A stretch of 64,000 nt of DNA, taken from positions 1,440,001 through 1,504,000 of the forward strand of contig OZ251992.1 of NCBI GenBank assembly GCA_965246885.1, given 5' to 3'. This stretch comes from Abditibacterium sp. Lineage in GTDB: Bacteria; Armatimonadota; Abditibacteriia; Abditibacteriales; Abditibacteriaceae. The position numbers and the translations under genes are program-made. Position 1 is the first letter of the stretch, and each line of letters starts with the position of its first letter. This document shows, in pieces, positions 23,726-32,888 of the stretch. Below the pieces are notes generated by a model. It was not told the origin of the DNA. It made no database searches and was given only the letters and a program-made list of their open reading frames with translations.

Positions 23726-24913
23726 CTACCCTCTTGAGCGCAGGACGGGCAGTTTCAGGTCGGCGTCAAAGCCGACGACCTGCTCGCCCTTCATGAGGGC
23801 GAGCAGGTCGCGGCCCACAAGGTCGCCGCGCCAGTCTTGCAGGACGGGCAGGTCGTGGATTTGGTCGAGCGTGCCCTCGATGTAGTGCGTCGCCAACTCG
23901 AAGAGGGTCTCGCGCGGCGCGAGATACGAGCGCGACACATCTTGCGCGGCGGCGGTGGCACTCACGACGACGCCCAGCAGGGCGATGATGGCGTCGAGCC
24001 TTGCGTCGGGGCGGGCCGTGTCCCACGCGTCGGGCCACGACGCAACTGGCGAAGCGAGCGCGGTCTGGATGGCTTCGACGAACGCTTGCGCGTCGCGCGT
24101 CGAAAGCGCGGTGATGCCGCGAATGGCGCGCAGTTCACCGACTGACTTCGGTTGCTGGCGGGCCATCTGAATCAGCGCCAAGTCCGGCAGAATAAAGGAG
24201 GGCGGCTTGTCCCCGGTGCGCGCGATGGTTTCGCGCACTGCCGCGCCTTCGCGCAGCACCGCCAACTGCTTGCGCGATAGGCCGGACAAATTCAGCTTTT
24301 TGAAAGCGTCGCGGTCGTCGAACTGGCGCGTCGAACGCTCGATGGCGCGCGCGAACTCCGCGTTGGCCCACCCCATCCGCCCGCGTTCGTTCAGGTCAGC
24401 GCGAAGTTGCTCGAACAGGGGCGGCAAGTACCGCACATCGGCCAAGGCGTAATCTATCTGCTCCGCCGAGAGGGGCCGCGCGCTCCAATCGGTGTATTGC
24501 ATCGTCTTGGACAGTTGCACGCGCGTAATGCGCTTGACGAGGTCGGCGTAGCCAATCTGGTGGCCATAACCCAGAAACGCCGCCGCTATCTGCGTGTCGA
24601 AGACGTTCTGCGGACGGGCGCCAAAGCCCTGAAAAAAGATCTTCAGGTCAACCGCGCCTGCGTGCACGAGCTTCGTGACTGCCGGGTCTTCTATCATCTG
24701 CGCGAGCGGCGCCAAGTCGAGCGCGAAAGGGTCAAGCGCCGCCTCGACCGCGCCCGTTTCGGTCGGCGCATGGATTTGCACGAGACAAAGCCGCTCGAAG
24801 TAGCGCTTCTCGCCGAGGAACTCCGTGTCGAGAGCGAGCGGCGCCCCTCCCGCAGTGGCAGCGCGCAGTTGGTCGAGGAACTCGGCGAATTGGGAAGGCT
24901 TGGAAATAAACAT
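23726..24913 (-). CDS. rnd: Ribonuclease D
   Basis: ALDTEF, LCLVQI, FDTQIAA, TDWSARPLS.EQIDYALADV, HRDC domain. Confidence 0.93.
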   Translation of the reverse strand: MFISKPSQFAEFLDQLRAATAGGAPLALDTEFLGEKRYFERLCLVQIHAPTETGAVEAALDPFALDLAPLAQMIEDPAVTKLVHAGAVDLKIFFQGFGARPQNVFDTQIAAAFLGYGHQIGYADLVKRITRVQLSKTMQYTDWSARPLSAEQIDYALADVRYLPPLFEQLRADLNERGRMGWANAEFARAIERSTRQFDDRDAFKKLNLSGLSRKQLAVLREGAAVRETIARTGDKPPSFILPDLALIQMARQQPKSVGELRAIRGITALSTRDAQAFVEAIQTALASPVASWPDAWDTARPDARLDAIIALLGVVVSATAAAQDVSRSYLAPRETLFELATHYIEGTLDQIHDLPVLQDWRGDLVGRDLLALMKGEQVVGFDADLKLPVLRSRG

Positions 24914-24922
24914 GGGAGCGAT

Positions 24923-25023
24923 AGCCACAAAGGGCACAGAGAATTACACAGAGGAAGCACAGAGAAAATCAAAAGAAAAACCTCTGTGTCTCCTCCGTGA
25001 AGCTCTCCGTGCCCTTTGTGGCT
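24923..25023. repeat. CACAGAG-type palindromic intergenic repeat
   Basis: AGCCACAAAGGGCACAGAGA...CACAGAG ... CTCTGTG...TCTCCGTGCCCTTTGTGGCT. Confidence 0.8.
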
Positions 25024-26091
25024 TTAAGATTTCTTGAGAGCCTTAGATAGTTTGGGGCGTGCGGTCGTCCACAACCAATACCAACTTTTCGATAGCGGCA
25101 AATCGAACTCCCCTGCGTAGCGCACCATTTGCGCGCCAAAGCCGGACTTGAACCTCACTAACCCCTCTTCGTGTGCCGGAAGTTCGCCCAGTTCCGGATC
25201 GGGGACGCCGCGAAAGTCGTAAACGGTGCAGCCGTTCTCCTTGGCCCAAGAGATCATGCTCCATTGCATCGAGTGGTTGGGCATCAGGTTCCTGTCCTCA
25301 TTAGAGGAGGCGCCGAACATATACCAGCACTGCGGCGGCAACAAAAAACAGATGGCCGCCGATAGCGGCTTGTCGCCGTTGTAGGAAACGAACAGCTTGA
25401 TGAGATGCGCGGGCGCGAGGGCGTCCCACATCTTTTGGAAATACGCGAGCGAATACCCCTTGAACTCGTTGCGCTCGCTCGTGACCTTGTAAATGTCGTG
25501 GAATATCTGCAAACCGTCGCGGCCCAACTCCGTCTCGACGCGGATGCCCTTCTTCTGGGCGAGCCGGATGTTATAACGCCACTTCGCCGATATCGTATCG
25601 GCCAGCACGCTTTCGAGCGGCGCGGAAATGTCCATCTTCATGTTGCAGCGCGGTTGCGTTCCGCCAAAGAGCGGGTGCACATCGGGTGAGGGCACGAAAC
25701 CCACGCGCGCCAAGCGCGCCTTGAAGCCGGGGAAGTCGTCCGCCACGCACGGGTCTATCTTGATGGAAATGGCGCGGTGCTTCCGAGCCAAAGCCCGCAG
25801 TTCCTCAACCATCGCCTCGAAGACGTCGGGCTGCGCCCAGTCCAGAATCGGCCCGCGCGGAAGGTAAAACAGCGACCGTCCGCCTGTCAAACGCCGCAAG
25901 GGGAGCGTCCGTTTAAGAATGAGCGCCGTCGCTTTGAACCCGTCGCCATCGGGCAGAGAAAGCGAAAGCGGCAAAGATTCGGGCCGTTTAACCGGCCCCC
26001 ACTCAAGGCATTGCAGCACGTCGCCCTGCGGCGACGCGGCGACAAACTCGCGCCACTTCTGGGATGTTTCGGAGTTGGGAGAAAAATGCAC
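25024..26091 (-). CDS. FemAB/MurM-type peptidoglycan bridge aminoacyltransferase
   Basis: LQ..EW..VK, YLPRGP, KIDP, KWRYNIRLA, Y.FGAS, YDFRG and GL.RFK.GF motifs; start uncertain (GTG 26091 chosen because the longer ORF runs through a repeat). Confidence 0.88.
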   Translation of the reverse strand: MHFSPNSETSQKWREFVAASPQGDVLQCLEWGPVKRPESLPLSLSLPDGDGFKATALILKRTLPLRRLTGGRSLFYLPRGPILDWAQPDVFEAMVEELRALARKHRAISIKIDPCVADDFPGFKARLARVGFVPSPDVHPLFGGTQPRCNMKMDISAPLESVLADTISAKWRYNIRLAQKKGIRVETELGRDGLQIFHDIYKVTSERNEFKGYSLAYFQKMWDALAPAHLIKLFVSYNGDKPLSAAICFLLPPQCWYMFGASSNEDRNLMPNHSMQWSMISWAKENGCTVYDFRGVPDPELGELPAHEEGLVRFKSGFGAQMVRYAGEFDLPLSKSWYWLWTTARPKLSKALKKS

Positions 26092-26164
26092 CGAGGAAAT
26101 TTTAGGGGATGGGAGTGGGTTAAAGGATTCCCCCCTTGGATTGGGGCCATGAAACAGCGTATGA

Positions 26165-26264
26165 AAGCGACTGAAGTCGCAGCCAGCGAGAGCGTCGGCC
26201 TTCGCCGACGGAGTAGCACGTCGGCGAAGGCCGACGCTCTCGCTGGCTGCGACTTCAGTCGCTT
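26165..26264. repeat. ~100-bp palindromic REP/MITE-like element, copy 1
   Basis: GCGACTGAAGTCGCAGCCAGCGAGAGCGTCGGCCTTCGCCGACG, short loop, then its exact reverse complement. Confidence 0.9.
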
Positions 26265-26327
26265 GCCTAATTCCCCGACTGTCAAGTTTCTTGAACATGT
26301 GTGCCGCCGTCTGCGTCGGCTCGCGCG

Positions 26328-26843
26328 ATGATGCAAATGAAGCCGATTTTTTGGGTTGCGGGCGCCCTTTCGCTCGCGGTTTTGGGAGGCTGTGGCGGTG
26401 GTTTGAACCCCAGCCCGGACACTAACGGCCCCGCGACGGTGGGAGCGCGGTTGTCGAGCAGCGACTTCTACGATTCCACGACGGGGCGCTACTACGACAT
26501 CTTCGTGTATGACGCGCTCTATAGCGGGCAAGCGCGGGTGCAAATGCGATCCGGGGAGTTCGATACGCAGCTTTACGTTTATGAAAAAGACAGCGACGGG
26601 GTGTATTCTCTCATCGCCAAGAACAACGACGCCGATTCGTCCACGACGGACTCCGACTGCCGCTTTGATGTGACGCAAGGCCGCACCTATCGGATTCTGA
26701 CGACCTCATCGGGGAGTGACGGATTGGGCGCGTATGAAGCCCGCTTTTCGAGCAACTTGTCCACACCCACGCAAGTCACCACGCAAGCGGCGCTCGCTTC
26801 GCGGTCGGGAGCCAAGTTCGCTTTGCCGCCGATGTCCAAGTAG
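26328..26843 (+). CDS. Lipoprotein with PPC-like beta-sandwich domain
   Basis: LAVLGGC lipobox; FDTQLYVY, NND and Y.I..TS...G.Y pattern. Confidence 0.75.
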   Translation: MMQMKPIFWVAGALSLAVLGGCGGGLNPSPDTNGPATVGARLSSSDFYDSTTGRYYDIFVYDALYSGQARVQMRSGEFDTQLYVYEKDSDGVYSLIAKNNDADSSTTDSDCRFDVTQGRTYRILTTSSGSDGLGAYEARFSSNLSTPTQVTTQAALASRSGAKFALPPMSK

Positions 26844-26864
26844 TTTCAAATGCGATGTGTCGAC

Positions 26865-27000
26865 GCGCCACCAGCACGGGGGAACGAAAGAATGGGTGGC
26901 GGCAACCAGTGGCCGGGTTGATTCTTTCATCGGCGCAGCTAATCCTTCGTCGGCGCAGCTAATTCTTTCGTCGACGCGACCCGGCGGGCAAATAAAGTAA
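26865..27000. repeat. 21-nt repeat array in both orientations
   Basis: TCGGCGCAGCTAATCCTTCGTCGGCGCAGCTAATTCTTTCGTCG, plus forward AACGAAAGAATGGGTGGCG. Confidence 0.65.
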
Positions 27001-27021
27001 CTGGGCGGACGGTTGGCGCGG

Positions 27022-27840
27022 TCAATTTTTTCGTCCGCGCATGTAAATGGACGAAAGAATCAGGTCATCCAGCAGTGCCGTGTCCTCCTCGAAGCGCGAG
27101 TGGAGGTCGAGCGCATTTTGGCGGGCGAGCGTGACGGCGCAAACGGTCGCGGCGCCCGCGCGACGGAGAACTTTGGCGCACTCGCGCAGCGTCGCCCCCG
27201 TCGTAAAGACATCGTCTACGAGCAGAACGAATGCGCCGGTTGGTAGCTCGAACTTGGGTGCCACAGAAAAGGCGCCGCGCACGTTGTTTACGCGCTCTTT
27301 GGCGCGCAGACCGACTTGGGGCGTCGTGGGACGGGTGCGGACAAGGGCGTGGGCGAAGGCAACGTTTATCGAAGGCGCGAGGGCGCGCGCCAGAACTTCG
27401 CTTTGATTGAAGCCGCGCTTGCGCTCACGGCGGGCATGGAGGGGAACGGGTGCGATATAGTCAAAGCGGAGGTCGCGCAGTGTTTCATCGCGTTCGAGAA
27501 CTCGATGGAGGAAGGGCGCGAGTCGCTCGCCGAGGGCACTCTTGCCATTGTATTTGAAGCGGTGGATGGCAAGACGCGGGGCGCCCTCGAACAAAAACGC
27601 GGCGCGGGCGCAGTCGAAGTTCGATTTGGCCTCGCGGCAGTCGGCGCAGAGGGCGTCGTGAAAAGCGCCGGGGTCAAACGGATGGCCACAGACGCGGCAA
27701 AATGGCGGAAGCGGCACCCTCGCCGTCGGAGCGCATCGGGCGCAAAACGGCGCGCGGCAAAAGGCGAAGCACCCCGCGCAGCGCGGCGGAAACAGCGCAT
27801 CCAACGCGCGGCAAAAGCAAAGTTCCAAGAGCGGACGCAT
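27022..27840 (-). CDS. comF: ComF family amidophosphoribosyltransferase-like competence protein
   Basis: LFPPRC double zinc ribbon, PVPLH...RGFNQS, LLVDDVFTTGATL. Confidence 0.93.
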   Translation of the reverse strand: MRPLLELCFCRALDALFPPRCAGCFAFCRAPFCARCAPTARVPLPPFCRVCGHPFDPGAFHDALCADCREAKSNFDCARAAFLFEGAPRLAIHRFKYNGKSALGERLAPFLHRVLERDETLRDLRFDYIAPVPLHARRERKRGFNQSEVLARALAPSINVAFAHALVRTRPTTPQVGLRAKERVNNVRGAFSVAPKFELPTGAFVLLVDDVFTTGATLRECAKVLRRAGAATVCAVTLARQNALDLHSRFEEDTALLDDLILSSIYMRGRKN

Positions 27841-27974
27841 GGAAAACCGTGCCCGTTAGTATGGGGCAACGGGGGCGGCGAAACAGAATTTTGGAGAAGT
27901 TGATGAGGGGAGCCAGAAGGCCACATCGTAACATCTTTAGGGGACTTAAAGCGATGGGGCGCCGAGGTTTTTGG

Positions 27975-28004
27975 TTGACATTCCCTTCCCGGACGGCCTA
28001 AAAT
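27975..28004 (+). promoter_or_regulatory. Sigma70-type promoter
   Basis: TTGACA-18 nt-TAAAAT upstream of the NlpC/P60 gene. Confidence 0.6.
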
Positions 28005-28117
28005 TAAGCATCGTTTTCTCGGCGCCGCCGCAGGAGATGTCCGGTCGAGAGCCGGTGATGAGGCGCCGGGGGGCCGATGTTTCCCGGCGTTTTGGCGCCC
28101 TGAAAACCATTCGTCGT

Positions 28118-29932
28118 ATGCTTTTTACCAAGATGAGGCTCCGCTTCGCGTTGCCATTACTTGTGCTGTGCCCGTCTTTGGGGGTGGCCACCCCGGTGCG
28201 CGCCGATGCGCCCGTTGTGGGGGTGCGCGGCCAAACGACCGGCTCGCAAACCTTCGTGCGGGTGCGCCCGTCGGCGCTGACTCCCCCGGTCGCCAAAGTG
28301 CCATCGGGCACGCCGCTTTACGTGTGGGGCCGCTTCAACGGCTGGTATCGCGTCGAAACGCACGATCACATCTTCGGCTGGGTGCATAAAGAATACATCC
28401 GCTCGCCGCGCTTGTGGAAGGTGAAGGAGATTTCTCACTTCAAAGCGATCCAAGCCTCCGAGCAAAGCGCCAAACAAACGCTCTACGGCACGCCCGCCGA
28501 ACTCAAAGCGTATTACGCGCGCTACGGCGGGCACGGCGCGGTCAAAGGATTGGCACTCAAGGGCGTATATCTCGCGCCGCCCACCTCCGCGCCGGTTCGC
28601 TTGGCGCACGCGCCCAAGGCGAGACTCGCGCACAAGCCTAAATCCGTGAGAATCGCGCGTGCGCCGCACATCGCGCCGCACCCAATCGAAGCGCCACTTG
28701 TGGCCATCAACCCGGCCACGCGCGAGGATTCGCAAGACCGCTTGGCGGCCAACGACGCCGCGCAAACGTTAGACCACGCACCTGATTCGCTTGCGCCCGC
28801 CGCGTCGTCGCTCGCGGGTGCCGTGCACAATTGGAAGCCCGCGCCGGTGTATGTTCCCGCCCCAGTGTATGTTCCCGCTCCGCCGCGTCCGGCGGTGGCG
28901 GCTCCGGTTGCGCCGCCCGCAACGCGTTTAGCGATGGTGCCCCGCCCTCGTGCGGTGCCCGTCGCCGTCGTGCCCGCGCCGCCCAAGCCGGGGCCATCGC
29001 CCGAACAGTTGCACATTCAAGCGTGGCAAGCGCGCAAAAGGGCCAAAGAGCAGCGCTGGATTTGGCTGCACAATCAAAAGGTGAGCGCGTGGAAGTGGCG
29101 CGTCGCGCAGCAGCAGAAGCGGGCCTACGCCGCCCAGCAGCGCCACCTGTGGCTGGTGAAACAGCGCGCGAGCGCCCCGCGTTTCGCGGCGGGCAAAGAT
29201 ACGCGGCGCATCAACCTCGCCAATCAATCGGGTCTTGTGCCCAAGCAGATGCCCCTGAACCCGCCCGGCCAATCCCTTCCGCCCATTTCTCCGGACGAAT
29301 TGCTCCGTGCCCGCGCCAAAGCGATGCAACAACCGGCGTCTGTGCCGGGAACTTCTCCGACGCCTTGGCAGCCTTCAAGTCTGTCGTTTCGCGGTTCTTT
29401 TGCACCGCGTGCGCCTCTCACAGTGGGCGCCACATCCTCTTTATCTATGCCAGTTCACACCATTCCGTCCGCGCCCTTGCGCCTTGCCGCCAATCCTACT
29501 GTGTCCGCCAACCCCGCCCCTTCGCGCGGCGGCTCGCCCCGCGACCGCGCGGCCTCCGCGTGGCGGGCGGGCGTGGCGACGCAAGCGCTTTCCTATCGCG
29601 GGATGCCGTATGTGTTCGGCGCGTCCAGTCCCCGGCGCGGCTTTGACTGCTCTGGCCTCGTATATTTCTTGCTCCGCCAGCGCGGTTTGAACCCGCCGCG
29701 CACCGCCGCCGGGTATCGCACCTATGGCAAGCCCGTCGCGCGCGGCGCGTGGCAAACCGGCGACCTCGTGTTGTTCGCCAACACCTACAAGTCCGGCATC
29801 TCGCACATCGGCGTGTATCTCAAAGACGGCAAGTTCATACACGCCGCCTCGACGCGCCAAGGCGTGCGCGTGGACTCGCTGCTGTCCGGCTATTTCGCCT
29901 CGAAGTATTGGGGCGCACGCCGCGTGGGGTGA
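28118..29932 (+). CDS. SH3 plus NlpC/P60 cell-wall endopeptidase
   Basis: Signal peptide, SH3b-like GWYRV..GWV, Pro/Ala linker, PYVFG..GFDCSG, HIGVY and FIHA motifs. Confidence 0.9.
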   Translation: MLFTKMRLRFALPLLVLCPSLGVATPVRADAPVVGVRGQTTGSQTFVRVRPSALTPPVAKVPSGTPLYVWGRFNGWYRVETHDHIFGWVHKEYIRSPRLWKVKEISHFKAIQASEQSAKQTLYGTPAELKAYYARYGGHGAVKGLALKGVYLAPPTSAPVRLAHAPKARLAHKPKSVRIARAPHIAPHPIEAPLVAINPATREDSQDRLAANDAAQTLDHAPDSLAPAASSLAGAVHNWKPAPVYVPAPVYVPAPPRPAVAAPVAPPATRLAMVPRPRAVPVAVVPAPPKPGPSPEQLHIQAWQARKRAKEQRWIWLHNQKVSAWKWRVAQQQKRAYAAQQRHLWLVKQRASAPRFAAGKDTRRINLANQSGLVPKQMPLNPPGQSLPPISPDELLRARAKAMQQPASVPGTSPTPWQPSSLSFRGSFAPRAPLTVGATSSLSMPVHTIPSAPLRLAANPTVSANPAPSRGGSPRDRAASAWRAGVATQALSYRGMPYVFGASSPRRGFDCSGLVYFLLRQRGLNPPRTAAGYRTYGKPVARGAWQTGDLVLFANTYKSGISHIGVYLKDGKFIHAASTRQGVRVDSLLSGYFASKYWGARRVG

Positions 29933-29939
29933 GCGCGAA

Positions 29940-30036
29940 AGCGACTGAAGTCGCAGCCAGCGAAGACGTCCACCTTCGTTGACGTGTTACCCATCGGCGA
30001 AGGCCGATGGTCTCGCTGGCTGCGACTTCAGTCGCT
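29940..30036. repeat. Palindromic REP/MITE-like element, copy 2 (more diverged)
   Basis: AGCGACTGAAGTCGCAGCCAGCGA ... TCGCTGGCTGCGACTTCAGTCGCT. Confidence 0.88.
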
Positions 30037-30052
30037 GGCCCCAACTTCTTCA

Positions 30053-30745
30053 GTGAAACTCCGCGATGCCTTTTGGACGCCCGTTCAGCCCTTCGCGGCG
30101 CTTCGGGCGTGGGGTGTGCCGCGCCTGATTCGCTTCTTGCATGCGGCGCTGATGACGACGCTGCGCTTCTCGACGTCGGGCGTGCATCAACTCCGGCCCT
30201 ACATCGAAACGCCGGGGCGTGGGCTGTTGATGGTGATTTGGCACGACCAAACCCTCGTGCCGCTCCATGTTTTCCAAGGGTGCGGCATCCACACGATGAT
30301 GTCGCGCTCGCGGGCGGGGCAGATGCAAGCGGCGTTTTGGCGTTTGTCGGGCTGGCCGATTATCTGGGGTTCGACCAAGAAGAAGGAGGGCATCGCGGCG
30401 CTCCGGGAGTCGCTGCGACTCGTTCAAGAGGGCGGCCTGATGGGTTTTACGCCCGATGGCCCGAAAGGGCCGCGCCGAGAAGCGCATGGGGGCGTGGTGT
30501 ATTTGGCGTCCAAAAGCGGTGTGCCGATCATGCCCGTCGCGCTCGCGGCCTCCGATTGCTGGCAACTGAAGACGTGGGATAAGTATTTGATTCCCAAGCC
30601 GTTCGCGCGCGTTCATATTCACATGGGCGTGCCGGTGTCGGTTCCCGCCGACGTGGCGCGCGAGGAAAACGCGGCGTGGTGCGCCCGCGTGAAAGCCGCG
30701 CTCGATGACGCCGAGCGCGAGGCGGCACGCGCTTTGAAACGGTAG
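30053..30745 (+). CDS. DUF374/lysophospholipid acyltransferase family protein
   Basis: WH, S.SRAG, GS, TPDGPKGP and WDKYLIPKPF motifs. Confidence 0.88.
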   Translation: MKLRDAFWTPVQPFAALRAWGVPRLIRFLHAALMTTLRFSTSGVHQLRPYIETPGRGLLMVIWHDQTLVPLHVFQGCGIHTMMSRSRAGQMQAAFWRLSGWPIIWGSTKKKEGIAALRESLRLVQEGGLMGFTPDGPKGPRREAHGGVVYLASKSGVPIMPVALAASDCWQLKTWDKYLIPKPFARVHIHMGVPVSVPADVAREENAAWCARVKAALDDAEREAARALKR

Positions 30746-30814
30746 TCGCCGGAACTGTCAAACTCTTCCTGCCCACCGAGCGGGGGAGTGTCGTGAATAC
30801 TTGGGCCGCCCGGT

Positions 30815-30843
30815 TTGACAGCAAGGCCAATGGCGCCTAAAAT
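30815..30843 (+). promoter_or_regulatory. Sigma70-type promoter
   Basis: TTGACA-17 nt-TAAAAT upstream of the STAS gene. Confidence 0.65.
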
Positions 30844-30915
30844 GGAAGGTACTTCTTGCCAGACTCTTGGCCGGAATGACCCGCATTTTAGACGAAGAAG
30901 AGGAATACAACGAAC

Positions 30916-31320
30916 GTGCTTGCGGAGGACAAACTCACCATCGTGAAAGAACTGAAAATTGAACACGCGGCAGCGCCCGTAGGCGATAAAGACGTGCACA
31001 TTCTGCGCCTCGAAGGGTATGTGGACGCCCACACGTTTGCCGAATTTGAAGAAGAACTGACTCGCCTAACGGATAAGGAGAACCAGTTCAATCTGTTGCT
31101 CGACCTCGAAAAGTTGACGTATATCAACTCGACCGGGTTGGGTTTGCTCATGGCGACTTTCCGCCAAGTGCGCCAGCACAACGGCGATTTGGTCATCGCC
31201 AAGATGAGCGACAAAATTACCAACATTTTCAACTTGCTCGGTTTTTCGCGCCTCATTCATACCTATCCGAGCGAGCAGGAAGCCTTAGCGCGCTTTGCGC
31301 CCACCGAATCCCCCGCCTAA
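30916..31320 (+). CDS. Anti-sigma factor antagonist (STAS, RsbV-like)
   Basis: LEGYVDA, LDLEKLTYINSTGLG (phosphorylatable Ser). Confidence 0.92.
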   Translation: MLAEDKLTIVKELKIEHAAAPVGDKDVHILRLEGYVDAHTFAEFEEELTRLTDKENQFNLLLDLEKLTYINSTGLGLLMATFRQVRQHNGDLVIAKMSDKITNIFNLLGFSRLIHTYPSEQEALARFAPTESPA

Positions 31321-31350
31321 GCGCCCGCGCCGCTTGACGGCGCTTGTTTT

Positions 31351-31872
31351 GTGCCCGCTTTCGTTGTTTCTGTTCCCGCCGTGCCCGACGTTTCCCCGCC
31401 TTTGCCCTCGTCGCCCCACGACCCTTCCGCGTTGTGGCACGACCACTTGCGCGCGACGGGTTCGCCCCGCTCCTTGCCCGCTATTCGCCGTATGGTCGAG
31501 GTCTGCGCCCAGCGCGCGGGCTTGAACGACGAGGACACCATGAAGATCGAGATGGCCGTCGGCGAAGCGTGCACGAACATCATCGAGCACTCCTACGCGA
31601 CGCAGAGCGGCGTCAATCCCGGCTTGCACGCCGAGATAGACATCCTCGCCGTCCGCTTCCCCGACCGCTTTGAAGTGGTTATCAACGATTACTCCAGCAT
31701 TAACTTCGCCGTCGGCGAAGCCGAAACTTTCCACCACCTCGACGACTGGATCGCCACCGGCAGGCGGCGGGGCCTCGGCGTGTGGATCATCCAATCGTTC
31801 GTGGATAAGGTGGAGCACCGCTTCGTGTGTGGTCAGGGCAACGAACTAAAGCTGGTCAAGTTCTGCGCGTAA
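31351..31872 (+). CDS. Anti-sigma factor Ser/Thr kinase (RsbW-like HATPase)
   Basis: AVGEACTNIIEHSY, RGLGVWII...D and GNEL motifs; start uncertain. Confidence 0.88.
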   Translation: MPAFVVSVPAVPDVSPPLPSSPHDPSALWHDHLRATGSPRSLPAIRRMVEVCAQRAGLNDEDTMKIEMAVGEACTNIIEHSYATQSGVNPGLHAEIDILAVRFPDRFEVVINDYSSINFAVGEAETFHHLDDWIATGRRRGLGVWIIQSFVDKVEHRFVCGQGNELKLVKFCA

Positions 31873-31896
31873 CACGGTAACGGCGGCCCTGCATCC

Positions 31897-32880
31897 ATGA
31901 GCCAGTTCGTCCTTTCGCCGTTTGACTTCCCCTTTTCGGGCCACAGCGCGCGCCCGCACGCCCAAGCCCGCCTGACGGTCGGCGGCAAGGCGCGCAACTT
32001 CGTCCTGAAAATCCACGACGGCACGCTCTATTTCAAAGAACCCGCCCGCTCGCGGGGTTGGGCACTCCTCGAAGAGTTCGAGCCAGACGCCGCTCGTGAT
32101 TCCATTGGTCTCGTATCGCGGTGGCAACGCGCCGTAGACGCGGGGCAGTTCGGCGCCTTCGTGTCGCGGCGCGATTACTTCCCCAAGCTCCCCGTCCGCG
32201 CACAAATTTTACTGCTTTTAACCGGCGACGGGAGTGGCTGGATGCGCGAGCACTTCGACCCCGACTGGTTCCTGCTCCCCGGCGACCGCGCCGCGCCGTT
32301 CGATGTGTGGAACGACCTCGAAGTCGAAGCCACCGTCGAAGCCCGCTTGCCCTTCGCGCAACGCCAACTCATCAACCGCGCCATTCCGCGAGAAACCTTA
32401 TCCACCGATGCACCGCGCTGGTTGGCCATGTCGGGCGATGAAATCGCGCGCGTAGTCACCGCCGCCGCCACGCTGTTTCTGTCGCCCGATGCCTTTTGGA
32501 ACGAACCGGACAACCGCGTCCTCAAAATCCGCTCCCACTCCGCTTTTGCGCGCGGTGACATTGAGGGCCGCTTTCTCAAACACGCCCTCCACTCGCCCCA
32601 ATTCGCCCGCGTCTGGAAACTGTTGGAGCCGCGAATTCAATACGTCGGCGTCCAGTGGCGCGAAGGCGGCGAGGAATCCGACCAATACGTGCGCCCCCGC
32701 AACGAGGCTGTTTTCGCCGCCGGACTCGAAAAGTGGGGCCACCTCTGGCGCGGCAACTGGGCGCCCACCCGCGCCAGTTTTCCCATCGAAATCCCCGAAA
32801 TCGCGGGCATCACCGCGCATGAAAGGCTGGAAGCGGGGCTGGTGTTGCGCGACTGGCTGCGGGGGCGGATGGGGAGATAG
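31897..32880 (+). CDS. Hypothetical protein
   Basis: 327-aa ORF with GC3-biased codons. Confidence 0.7.
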   Translation: MSQFVLSPFDFPFSGHSARPHAQARLTVGGKARNFVLKIHDGTLYFKEPARSRGWALLEEFEPDAARDSIGLVSRWQRAVDAGQFGAFVSRRDYFPKLPVRAQILLLLTGDGSGWMREHFDPDWFLLPGDRAAPFDVWNDLEVEATVEARLPFAQRQLINRAIPRETLSTDAPRWLAMSGDEIARVVTAAATLFLSPDAFWNEPDNRVLKIRSHSAFARGDIEGRFLKHALHSPQFARVWKLLEPRIQYVGVQWREGGEESDQYVRPRNEAVFAAGLEKWGHLWRGNWAPTRASFPIEIPEIAGITAHERLEAGLVLRDWLRGRMGR

Positions 32881-32888
32881 AGGCGCTG

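Noticed and set aside
26092..26298. N-terminal extension of the FemAB-like ORF
   Set aside because: Largely a translation of the palindromic repeat at 26165-26264
28010..28110. c-di-AMP (ydaO) riboswitch before the NlpC/P60 gene
   Set aside because: GC-rich hairpins are present, but I could not find the conserved ydaO sequence elements
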